A DNA stretch of 64,000 nucleotides, taken from the NCBI GenBank assembly GCA_964016885.1, contig OZ024740.1, forward strand, positions 317,502,001-317,566,000, written 5' to 3'. The notes below the pieces were generated by a model. That model was not told the origin of the DNA. It was given only the letters and a program-made list of their open reading frames with translations, and did not search any database. This DNA is from Eledone cirrhosa. Lineage: Eukaryota. Shown piece by piece: positions 25,163 to 36,622 of this stretch. How positions within the stretch are numbered: position 1 is the first letter of the stretch; each line of letters begins with the position of its first letter. The position numbers and the translations under genes were made by a program.

Positions 25163-25367
25163 CAGGCATGTCAAACTGAGGGTCCCCAAGGGTCACATGG
25201 GTGACATATGTATTGTCTGAGGGCCACACATGACAACTAATTGTGCCCATTACAACTAATATTTTTTATTTTATATTACACTCGCGCTGTAAAAACCTTT
25301 GTGCGGGCAGTAGGAGTGCTTGTAAAGGGCCGCATGCGAGCCGCGAGCCGCATGTTTGAGCCGCCTG
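25163..25367. mobile_element. hAT (Charlie-like) MITE, second copy
   Basis: CAGG...CCTG termini; perfect 8-bp TSD ttctagag at 25155-25162 and 25368-25375. Confidence 0.9.
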
Positions 25368-25677
25368 TTCTAGAGGGAGATGTCTTTGTGTAACAACGTA
25401 GAGGATCCCGCGTGGTTGTGGTAAAGATGCTAGTAGTGGTGGCGTTAGAAATTGTGGTGCTGGAAAGCTTCCATTACTCATACTTCTCGCCCCCTTCACC
25501 ACCTCTTCTACGGCTTCGATATAAATACCCCCTCCGCCTCCGTGGTATTTTCTTCGGGGTTATAAGAGGCTTAGCTCTGTTTCTCGACCGTTATATCGCG
25601 TGACTATCCCCCCCTCCGCCTTTTGGATTCTTTCTCACGTCGTGTAGACGCGTTCTTGAGACTAGTAAAATGAGGTA

Positions 25678-25767
25678 TCCTCTTGATAAGTCGGCAGACC
25701 TCGCAGGGACTCTATATCTTTATGATGTATTGTTTTTGTTTATGCCACGAAACTACGTAGTCGAGGA
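25678..25767 (+). ncRNA. Type I hammerhead ribozyme, U3-A8 core variant
   Basis: Stem I tcctc/gagga; core TTGATAA; stem II gtcggca/tgccac; GAAA; palindromic stem III actacgtagt; GUC cleavage triplet. Confidence 0.75.
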
Positions 25768-25836
25768 ATCTAGGAGCAGTTTAGGTATGATACATTTTAT
25801 TACTAATTATATCTAAATGTTTCTTCTCTCTTCATA

Positions 25837-25886
<50 letters not shown>

Positions 25887-26180
25887 AATAAGGGAGGCGG
25901 TTTTATTGGTACATCTTCATTTTATTGTCTAACTCATTATCCATATTTCAAAGATGCAAAGGTTGTTGTATAATAACCACTTTGCACGTTTCCTTCAGGT
26001 GAATAGAGATGTGTTTTTCTATCCATTGATATGCTACTGGTTTAAAGTGTTGTTAATCTCACTGTCCAGTACTCATATAAATAGTTTCTTATCAGAGCAG
26101 TTCTATTTGGAGTGGGAGGAGACACTATTGCTGCTTTTATTTACAGTAATAAAAATAATAATAATAATAATCATAATAAT

Positions 26181-26290
26181 AATTGTTTCTATTTTTGGCA
26201 CAAGGCCAGCAATTACCCAATGCATTACTGGTACTTTATTCTATCGACTCCGGAAGGATGAAAGGCAAAGTTAACCTCGGCGGGATTTGA
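26181..26290 (-). mobile_element. SINE fragment abutting the tail of LINE copy B
   Basis: Family motif; truncated inside the B-box at gggatttga. Confidence 0.85.
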
Positions 26291-26558
26291 ATAATAATAA
26301 TAATAATAATGCATGCTTTCATTATTAACCACAAGGGTTTACATAAAGTAGACATTAAGGACAGTACAGGACAATACAGGACGGTACAAATGGGCATTTC
26401 TGCGTGTAAAAAAAACAGAGGATGTAATAAAATAACAAAGAAAAATTCCCCAATAGGGGGGAGACTTCCGAGGGACATTTGTGGAGAAAGCCCATTAAAA
26501 GACCACAGTGACCCTGACCACCAGGGCAAGTGCCCTCTCCCAGTTTTCCACCTTTAAT

Positions 26559-29500
26559 TTATAGACACATACTCAGAGTAGGCCCATTCACTCGCGTCAT
26601 ACTTGCCTCTCTCACCCATCTTTCAACAAAAAGCTGGGAAGAGAGCTCTTCCCTCTCTACCCTAATTTTCCTTTTCAAATGAAATTTGAAAAAGTTAATC
26701 AGGGCATCACCGAAGATCGTCTTCAGCCCTTTCAAACGTTTCCACCATACTATCTCTTTTGCCATGGCCACCAGACAGATAAAAACTGCCTGCCCTTCCC
26801 GGCTAAAGGAAGAGGGCGGGGCAATTCTCACGATGGACTGAGCTGATAGCTGGATCCGTCCCACACGCGACAGCAGGTGTTCGACATAAACCCACAAGTC
26901 AGCAATGCTCGGACACTGGACGAGTGCATGCAAGACGGTTTCCTCGCTCTGCGCGCATCTCGGACATGCCCGGCTGACGGCACCTCCATGGTTGTAGAGT
27001 TTATCCCGAACTGGAAAAGCTCCTCGGTAGCACTGCCAGGCCAGGGATTTCTGGAAGTTGTCCATAGGCCCCGGCCCGAAAGTTCTTCCGAAGAGATTGG
27101 CTAGTTGATTTTCGTCGACGCTTAGAGTTTCCCCAAGTACGTCGTCGCTCTTCCCCTCCACTAATCCTCTATAGAACGCCAAGGTGGAATTTCCACCGAT
27201 CACATTGCCCGATTGGTCGAGGGCTGTGAGCGCCTGAAGACATTCCAGTCTCCAAGCGCTCCCTCTCGGTCTTCGCTTGACACAGGACCGCAGCTCCGTC
27301 AAGGAGACGAGCTGGGGAAAGACGCGTCTAGCAAACGGCGACAGCACCTGATCACCGTCGAGGAAGAGGTGGAGATGGACGGCATGGACCTGCCTCTCCA
27401 GGTGCCGAGCTGCAGGCCCACTGACTTTTCCTGGTTGATCATTGCTCCTGTCACCGCTTCGTATTCTCTTAGTGTAGTGCCGATCGCCTCGATGTGTTTG
27501 GCGTTCGACACCACTACGGTGACATCGTCCGCATATGCTGACACGGATCTTCCGCATCCTAGTTCGCGCGGGACCCCTCTCAACGCCTCCAGTTTGTGCA
27601 GTAATGGCTCCAGAGTCAATACGTACAAGAGGGACGAGAGGGGACATCATTGGCGGACCGAACGCATGATATTGAACGATTCCGAAAGGTGACCGTTCAC
27701 TCTCACCACAGAGCAGATGTCGCTGTGCATGGCAGCGATCGAGCCTCTGGAGACAGGCCCAAAGCCAGTCGCCCTCAGGACTACCGCTAGGTAAGAATGG
27801 TCGACCCTATCGAAAGCTTTCGACTGATCTAAATTGATCAAGGACCCACCCGTGCCAGGTTCCCTAGCTACCCTCTCCACAATGTATCGCATGAGGTGGA
27901 GTTTGTCGTGGATGGATCTGTCGGGAATGGCGCATGTATGCGCCTCCCCCACCAGACCACCAACGAGAAGTGCCAACCTCTTGCTAGCACCTTGGCCAAA
28001 ATCTTGAACTCTGTGTTTAGCAGAGTTATGGGTCTGAAAGTATCGGTGTTATCCCCCTTGTTCGGATACTTTCTCAGTAGCGCCACCATCCTCGGCTCAC
28101 AGAGCTGGGAATTCTCCCGTTCTGTTGCCAGTTGCAGTAGACATCCGCCAAGAGTCCTCCGAACAAGTCTGGCATCTGTACGTAAAGTTCATAGAGCAGA
28201 CCATGTGCAGCCAGTCATTGCCTCCCGTACTTCAGCGGCTGTTATCGGCTTTTCGCAACACTCTGCCTCAGTGGCCGAGAGCCGCGGCAGTCCGTCGAGA
28301 TAGACACTAAAGTCCATCTCTTGATCCGGCCCGCCGCTGCCCCCGAATAGTTGAGCGAAGTGTCGCTGAAAAGCTTTACACATTTGCTCGGGATCGAGTA
28401 GCATGCGCCCGTCGTGGTCCACCAAAGACCGGATCGTGGCTTTGTTGCCACGACGCGCCTCCGCCACTCGGGCCCATTGAACGGCTTTCGTCCCCCCGTG
28501 TCTGAGAGCACGCACCCTAGCTCTGACGACGCAGCCTTCGTGCTTTGCATTGAAGAATTGGTCAAGGGCCAATTTCGCCGCAAGTACGTCGGTCGCGATG
28601 CCTTTGCTAAGCGCCTCGTCTAATTTTCTAATTAGTTGTCCCTCTGCTCTATTTTTCTCTATAGCTAAAGCCTCACTCAATCTAATGGACTCTATTCTAA
28701 TCGCTCTTTTCAGAGCAAACCACCACTTGTTGTTGACGATGGCCCCCGTCAACGCTCACTTAACTAGTTCGCTAATCCGGTCTCTGTAGGCCTTGCGCGC
28801 TGGTAAGGACGCGTTTAGCTTCCAGTAGCTGGGTCCTTGTCTATGAAGCCTATCTAAGTCAAGCACACAGATCGCGAATTTGTGGTCCGTGTAGCTGACT
28901 ATCTTGAATTGTGGACAGCCTATGCTAGACCTATCTATTTTCCTACAAAATACTCTATCTAGATATGATCTGGATGACCCGACGCGGTTTGTCCAAGTCC
29001 ACATTGGCACATTCGGGAAATCCAATCGGTAACTGACAGACAGTTCAAAACGCCTGAGCAGGTTGGTGAGGCTCTTGCACCCTCCTCCCCTATCCGCTAA
29101 TCCCACACACTCCCAGCGTGCATCTAAGATCCCGTTCCAGTCGCTCACTAACACTAAAGAGCGGGACTTTCCAAGAAAGGTCTCCAGCCGCCGGAAGAAA
29201 TCAGGCCGCCTTGCTCCTGTCGGAGCATAGACGGCCACAATCCTGAAAGCTTGCCCGTCTCCGCTGGTCACGTCCAGCACCACCAACTTACCTTCTGGGT
29301 CCAGGAAGATGGCCCTATGGCGAGATCCAAACCTATCCCAAAGAGCACAGTAACTCTCTCCCCGATCCAGGACGGCTGGAAGATGCCTACACATCGTAGC
29401 CGCCGAAGATCGGTGCGAAGGCCCGTGCTTCGGAGATTCTGGTCTAGTTGATGACCACTACATCTATGTTTAGTGACCTGAGGTCGTTGAGCAGGTGGCC

Positions 29501-29560
29501 CTGCTTCCATGACGACCCCAAGCCACGCGCATTTATGCTGCCTATTCTGAGTGAGGTCAT
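26559..29560 (-). pseudogene. LINE ORF2 (APE-RT-CCHC), disrupted, with a ~0.4-kb internal deletion near 27375
   Basis: VYAP, WTW, YLDR, TDH; FRPITLLN; DQSKAFDRVDH; AYADD; CPRC..ETVLHALVQC. Confidence 0.95.
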
Positions 29561-29594
29561 GTTGAAATGGAGTGGAAAAGATGGGAAAGGCCAC

Positions 29595-31549
29595 TTACCT
29601 TACTTCTCGTAGAGGAAGGATGGTTTCTCCATCCATTCCACTGCTTGTGGCCTCCTCCGGAAGGATGTCCTTATAAATCCTCCTGGAGAGTGCTTGTCGG
29701 AAGTCTCCGATGTCTTGGGGAATTTTTGTTTTAGTGTCGTGTACGTTTTCTGTGTGATGCGAGTGATTTGTATGTGTGGAGGTGGTGTGAACTTTTGGGC
29801 TGTCGTGTAGTCTTTTTCTGTGATGCTGGTGTTGTGTTGGATGTAGTGTAATAGTTGGTTGTTGTTCATATTTAATGCTGTGTAGTGTGTATCGTTTTGG
29901 TTGTTTTGTTTTGTTTGCGTTTGTTGTGGGTTTGTTTCTGTTTCGCTTTTTGGTGACTTTTGTGGTGTTGGTGATGGTGATGTTGGGGTTAATGATGGTG
30001 ATGGTGTTGGTGTTTGTGGTGATGAGGTTGGTGATGCTGGTGTCGATGGTGGCATAGCTGTCCTAACTTTTTTGTTTGATAGTTTATTTGTTTCCTTCTG
30101 TATTTTGTTTTTGGAGGGGGAAGGAAGAGAATTTTTTTCTTTTTTGGCTTGTTTTTCTTTTTTTTCTTTTTTCCTGATACCGTTTCCCACACCTCGTCGT
30201 CACAATCTGTCTCCAGTTGTGATAGGTCAGTGAGTGGAAAATCCTCCACAGGCGTTGGCTTTGGTTGTGGCGTGGTGGATGGTGTAGGCGTTGGTGCTAG
30301 TTCTGGCGCGTTGGGTGGTGGTGGTGTTGGTTTTGCTACTGTTGCTGGGGTTGTTGCTGTTACAGTTGCTTCTGTTGTTGCTGCTACAGTTGTTGCTGCC
30401 ATTTGTGCTGCTGGTGGTGTTGATGGTTGAGTCACTGGGGTGGGTAAGAGAGGTGGCCTCAACCTTTTAGCCTGAGGGGAGAAAGCCCTTAGGTGGGTTC
30501 CTTCGCCACAAACGACACACCTAGGCCTTCTACCCTCGACGATAACGGTGAGGTGGCTGCCATCAGTGAGGTCTATTACCTCTGGTATCTCCTCAATGCT
30601 TTTTTGGTCCGCTTGGATCAGGAGCTCCATCCCAGATCCGGACCAGTTCTCCTGCTTTTCTTTCGCTATTTTGATTATCTTGGTGCTGGCCTCGATGCCG
30701 GCGAGGACGACAGCCATTAGCCAGGGAATTTCGATGGCCGGTGGAACGTGGGTCACCCTGATCTTTACGAGTCTCTGGCCACAATAGCTTGGGACGAGTG
30801 TGAAGTCGTCGCTTCTTAATGGGGCTATGGACTGCTCTCTGGCCTCCTGTGGTGTTCCAAAGAACACGTCCACGGTTCCATATTTCTGACCACGTCTGGT
30901 GTGTGATTTTTTTGCCCACACATGTCCCAAAGCTTTTTGGATTTGGGACGCGGATGCCCGTTCCACTCGGCGCGATTTTATGTTAATAGTCCGATAAGAC
31001 ACGCTGCATAGGCACCGATGCTCCATTTTATTTGGTGTGTGTGTGTGGGAGGGGGCTGACCCTGTACCCATCTTTCTTTACCATTCTCTTGGCTTCATCT
31101 AATTCCTCCCTAGTTACCTGGATTGTTTCGCATTTTCTGGCTGCTTTGGCAAAGACACGATGTTGTTATTCTCATTGTTGTTGTTGCTGTTGTTGTTATT
31201 GTTATTTTTGTTATTGTTATTTTTAGTTTCAGTTGTGGTGGTGGTGGCGTTAGTGGTGTTCGGTGTGGAAGAGTCCATTCTAGGTGAATCCATTTCGATG
31301 TCACGAGATAATTTATTTTTTCTTTTGTTTCTGTTGTCGCTGTGGTGGTAGTGGGTATGGCCGCTTCAACATCTGCAGTCATTGGTAATGGCGGGAAATG
31401 AATGTCTGCATGAGACAAATTTAAATTATTGCTACTGCTTATATTTTTAGGGTTGGCAAACGTAGTAATATTTACAATGGTTGTGTTGGTGTGAGGTGTT
31501 AGTTTGTGAGTAAGGCTCTCAGCTGCTTGGTGTTGCTGTGATCGTCCAT
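29595..31549 (-). pseudogene. Tx1-type ORF1, type B, disrupted
   Basis: GQKYGTVDVFFGTPQEA...VEGRRPRCVVCGEGTHLRAF; closely matches 9101-10250. Confidence 0.85.
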
Positions 31550-31780
31550 GATTTTTTCAAAGAAATTTTTTGTTTGATAATTATAAAAGTTTAAATTTTG
31601 GGCTCAAGGCCCAATCTTTTTGAGTGTCCTTTTCCGAAAGCAAATTTTGTGACTTTATAAACAGTTAACAACAACATTTTCCATAAATGGCAATTTTAAA
31701 CAAACGAAAACAACAAACCTTTGCGGAGCTCACGATGATACGATTTCCTACGTAGGTCGCCAATAATAATAATAATAATA

Positions 31781-31970
31781 ATTGTTTCTACTTTTGGTAC
31801 AAGGCCAGCATTTCACCAGTGTATTACTGGTACTTTATTTTATCAACCCCATAAGGATGAAAGGCAAAGTTAACCTCGGCGGGATTTGAACTCAGAATGG
31901 CAAGGGCCGTAACTCTATACGTCAAAGCATGGCATCCGACCCTCTACCGTTACTGCCAATCCACCGCCCT
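31781..31970 (-). mobile_element. tRNA-derived SINE
   Basis: Complete family sequence ending ...gccaatccaccgcc, flanked by (aat)n on both sides. Confidence 0.88.
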
Positions 31971-32032
<62 letters not shown>

Positions 32033-32034
<2 letters not shown>

Positions 32035-33641
32035 GGAGTTTGGACTAGATAAATGCGCCAAAGGAAAGCTGCTGAAAAGTTCAGACATTAATCTTGATCG
32101 GGGGAATGTGATAAGAGAACTTGAACAAGAGGAAACTTACAAATATCTAAGTGTTTGTGAAGGAGACGGAATCAAGCACACTCGACAATGAGGGAAAGGA
32201 TAAGGAAGGAATGTTACCGCAGAGTAAGAGCAATCTTAAGAACGGAATTGAATGCAAGGAATAGGATCGATGCCATAAACAGGCTTGCCATACCAGTAGT
32301 AACCTCCAGTTACAATGTCATCAACTGGTCAAGCACAGAGATCCGCAGGCTAGATACAAAAATTAGAAAATTCTTAACCATGCACAGAATGCATCGCCCT
32401 AAGGCAGATACAGATAGAATATATTTCCCTAGGAAAGAAGGAGGACGTGGGTTAATCCAGTTAGATATTGCGTTGAAAACTGCAACAATTGGATTATCTA
32501 CATATCTCAGGGAATCACATGATTGGATGATCAAACTCGTTTTGAAACACGAAAGCATCAAAAGATCATACTCCATTACAAAAGATGCACAAAGATACAG
32601 TAATGGACTACAAATTTCAGAAGTCCCATTTACTGCTGAAATAGAAAACACAGAAAAAGCAAAGCAGGTAAAAGTAACTGCAAAGAAAGAACTGCTACAG
32701 AAACTGGCTAAGAAATGGCAAGAAAAGCCTCTGTATGGAAAATACCCAGAAAGAGCTAAAAATCCTGATGTTGACAAAACTTTAACCCATCAGTAGTTGG
32801 CATCCTCTGGACTGAAATCGGAGACTGAAAGACTGATTATATCAGCACAAGATCAGTGTCTGCCAACAAAAAATTACCAAGCCAACATAATAAAAAAATG
32901 GATGCAACCCATTATGCCGTGTATGTAAAAGACAACCAGAGACCATTGATCATATAATTTCAATGTGCAGTCCTATAGCTCCAACCGAATACCTAAACAG
33001 GCACGAGAGAGATGCACAATACATACATTGGATAATGTGTAAGCATTTTGACCTGCCTCATCAAAAGAATTGGTGGGAGCATCAACCACCTCCCATACTT
33101 GAAAAAGATCACATCTCAATCTTGTGGAACTTTAGCATCCAAACAGACCGAAAAATAGATGAAAATAGACCTGATATAATACTGAAGGACTTTAAAAAGA
33201 GGGTATGCCTGCTAATTGATATGTCCGTTCCATTAGACAAGAATGTGTCTATAAAAACATTTGAAAAATTGAGCAAGTATAAGGACCTGGAGATATAGAT
33301 TGGAAAAATGTGGAAGTAGAGAACTAAAACAATACCAGTGGTTGTAGGCGCTCTAGGAATGATACCTAAGGGGTCTAATGATTACTTATCGCAAATCCCA
33401 GGAAACCCGCGTATAGGAGAAATACAAAAGATAGTGCTAATGGGAACTGTCCATATACTAAGGAAGATTCTGTCAATATAAGTACATCACAAGTCTAAAC
33501 ACCTAAAGATGCATATGTGTCTATGTATGTTCTTTCTTGAACATGGCGGACCTTGTTGTCTCTTGAGGTCACTGGTTGTGACTTGGTGATAACTCGTATG
33601 AACATAAAGCAAGATAAATGCAACTATAATAATAATAATAA
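32033..33641 (+). mobile_element. 5'-truncated R4/Dong-like non-LTR retrotransposon (RT thumb, CCHC, restriction-like endonuclease)
   Basis: MEFGLDKCA; YKYL; RKEGGRGL; CRVC..ETIDHII..C; RHE; NRPDII..LIDMSVP..EKLSKYKDL (PD-D/ExK RLE). (TAA)n at both ends. Confidence 0.88.
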
Positions 33642-34343
33642 TTTACAAGGAGGAGGCTAGCCCACTGTGTAACTATGTAGGATCTGTGAAGAGAGAGAGG
33701 AGACTGTGGCTCACATTGTATCCGAGTGTAAACACCTAGCCCAGACTCACTATAAAGGCTGGAGACATGATGTGATGGGCAGGGTGATCCACTGACACCT
33801 ATGCAAAGTAAACAATTTACCACATTCTGAGAAGTGGTATGAGCATAAGCCAGAGGCGGTGATAGAAAAACGATCAGGTGAAGGTGGTATGGGATTTTAG
33901 GATACAGACGGACAAAAAATTAGAACACAATAGGCCTGACCTGGTGGTTTTGGAAAAGGAAAAAAGATCGTACCTGATTGTAGATGTAGCCTGCCCATTC
34001 GACACGAGAGTGCAAGAAAAGGAGAGGGAGAAAATTAACCGATACCAGGATTTAAAGTGGGAGTTAAAAAGGATTTGGAACTGCCATGAAATCAAGGTCG
34101 TCCCGATTGTCATAGGCGCACTAGGTACTATATAAAAGAGTTTCCAAGGTTGGTTAAAAAAGATTAGTCCAGCCACGCTTTTTGGAACACTTCAAAAGGC
34201 ATGCTTGCTGGGAACAGCAAGAACCCTCCGATACGTCCTGAATATCTGAGGCTGCAGGTAGCGGCTTGATATTCATTTCAACAAACTTTCCAGTTAATTA
34301 ACATCAATGACTGAGACTCAAAGAACAATAATAATAATAATAA
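33642..34343 (+). mobile_element. Second, distinct R4/Dong-like RLE element 3' end
   Basis: ETVAHIVSEC; RHD; WDFRIQTDKKLEHNRPDLVV..IVDVACPFD..EKINRYQDL..VPIVIGALG; (AAT)n tail. Confidence 0.88.
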
Positions 34344-34505
34344 TTGTTTCTACTTTTGGCACAAGGCCAGCAATTATCTCAGTGCATTACTGGTACTTTA
34401 TTTTATCCACCCCGTAAGGATGAAAGGTAAAGTTAACTTCGGCGGGATTTGAACTCAGAGCGTAAAGGGCCGTGACTCTATGCTGCAAAGCATGGTGTCT
34501 GACGC
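34344..34505 (-). mobile_element. tRNA-derived SINE
   Basis: Family motif; flanked by (aat)n. Confidence 0.85.
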
Positions 34506-35084
34506 TAATAATAATAATAACAATGACAACAATAATAACAACAATAATAAAAAAGAAAAGGAAACAAAAGAAAAAAGAATAAGAAATATAGAGAAAAAAG
34601 AGAAAAAGAAAGAAAAAAGAACATGGGGAGGGGATGGCAAAACTGTAGTGCCGCAGAAGAGAGAGGAGGAGTGAAGGTGGAGGGTGATTGGGCTTTGGGC
34701 CTAGGGAGTGGAGGAAGAAGGGCTGCGCCCCGCGGACAAGACCGCAAAAGCATTCCCGAGGACAATGGCCAGTGACGTCCGCTGCAACAGCCACCCAACC
34801 TCGCGGGGCTCCTTCCTCAGACAGACCGCCGTTGCTGGGGCTGGTGTTGAAAGCTGGCTAGGGTATCAAATTACCAGATGGATCATTTGTTTCTTAGAAT
34901 GACGTTAAAGCACTGTTAATTTTTTTTTCATTTCTGGACTTACTTTTACGTACTTAGATTTCAATTGAAAGTATTAATAATTTTATAATGAGGTTACAAT
35001 TTATCTATATATTTATATATGCTTTATTCATTAGTTAATGATCTATTTTATATTACTTATGGCAGTTTAAACTATATATTCTGC

Positions 35085-35292
35085 GGAATGTCTTATATAT
35101 TCTGGGTAAGCATGTATTAAACATGTCAGATCGTTTATTAATAATTCTGTGCCTACTTTTTTATGATATGTAAAGTCTCGGTCGTACAGAGGTCACACCC
35201 GGAAGATATCGACTTGTTTATAAAAGGAAAAGCATATGAAAGTTTAGACCAAGAAAGAGAGTATTGTACTTGGTTATTTTTTAGCGTCCATA
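35085..35292 (-). pseudogene. Penelope-like element GIY-YIG endonuclease C-terminal remnant
   Basis: Minus strand WTLKNNQVQYSLSWSKLSYAFPFINKSISSGCDLCTTETLHII, then a (frameshifted) INKRSDMFNTC, matching the PLE pattern W.LK...Y...W.....C.LC..E...I....LNKR.E....C. Confidence 0.7.
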
Positions 35293-35856
35293 TAGACACA
35301 CACACACACACATATATATATGTATGTATGTATGCAGGATATATGTAGATAAAAAGCCAAGGAAAACAATGCCCAATCTAGTGCAAGAGAGCTTATTCAT
35401 AAGGGTTTTTCTTTAAATATTGTCCTTACACCTGACGAGAGAAACCAGTTTTAGAACTGCTTCCCCGCTTTACAATGGAACCTATAACTGGACCCGAAAC
35501 ATAAGGTCACGCATATATATACATACATATATATAAATATATCTGTTGCCCATTTATTTTTGTCATAATTGTGTATCGATCTGCTGCACAAACTGGCATC
35601 ACAAGTGCAGTACCCCCTTAGTGAGCAAAACTGCACTGACAGCATGGTGGCTGATGAGGTGAGGACGCATCTGTCGTTTGTCCTGTGTAACTGTGTGCAT
35701 TTTCTGTTAAAATATACGTATACGCAAACACATACACACACATATATATATATATACAAACACACACACACACATCCATATATATATATTTTTTTTTGTA
35801 TACGTATAGAGTTAGAAAGTTAAATCATACATATATATATAAAATATTATATATAG

Positions 35857-35946
<90 letters not shown>

Positions 35947-35952
35947 GTTTAC

Positions 35953-35984
<32 letters not shown>

Positions 35985-36528
35985 TTTGCAACGGCTCACT
36001 TTGTGGCTCAATGAAGAGTTAATAAATTAAACAATCAGAGTTATATATCATAAAACATGTCTATAGAATCACCAGATAAAATATATACCGTTTCCTCTCC
36101 CAATTAGCATAATTAACCATATAAAAAATCAATTAGACCAAGCTATAAGAATATGATATATATATATATATATAGTGAGAGAGAGAGAGAGAGAGAGAGA
36201 GACACACACACAGAAACACACAGACACATACAGAAACACACACATAAGACATACATATCGCATTTCTCTCATAAGACGCACAACTTTTCTTGCAAATTTC
36301 TGCAACATTTGCCAGGCACCTTATCACTAAAAGGCCAGGTTATACAGCTGGATCTAGTGTTCTCTAAAATCTCAGTCTTATTAGAGTTATTAGAGTTCAC
36401 CCAAACCTTTAATTCATCCGTAGTGTTGAAACTAAAGTCGTTATAGGAAGTTGTAACTTTCATGCCTTTCCAGTGGACATTAGTAATATAGTAAAAAATG
36501 TATTTGCACCAGCTAAGAATAAAGAATT

Positions 36529-36617
<89 letters not shown>

Positions 36618-36622
<5 letters not shown>

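Larger units (their letters stand above)
26290..31761 (-). mobile_element. Full-length decayed L1/Tx1-type LINE (copy B)
   Basis: Minus-strand 5'UTR, ORF1, ORF2 and 3'UTR; tail at 26290-26310; (aat)n at the 5' flank 31762-31782. Confidence 0.95.

Noticed and set aside
26181-31890. ~110-bp target-site duplication around LINE copy B (SINE piece on both sides)
   Set aside because: The two SINE pieces differ at about 12 of ~108 positions, no closer than other copies such as 3815, so independent SINEs are a simpler explanation.
35428-35480. Hammerhead at cctgacgagagaaacc
   Set aside because: CTGACGA and a stem II-like hairpin are present, but I could not build stems I and III with a correctly placed GAAA and NUH. 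At best a decayed copy.
35650-35680. Hammerhead at ctgatgaggtg
   Set aside because: There is no downstream GAAA or stem III.
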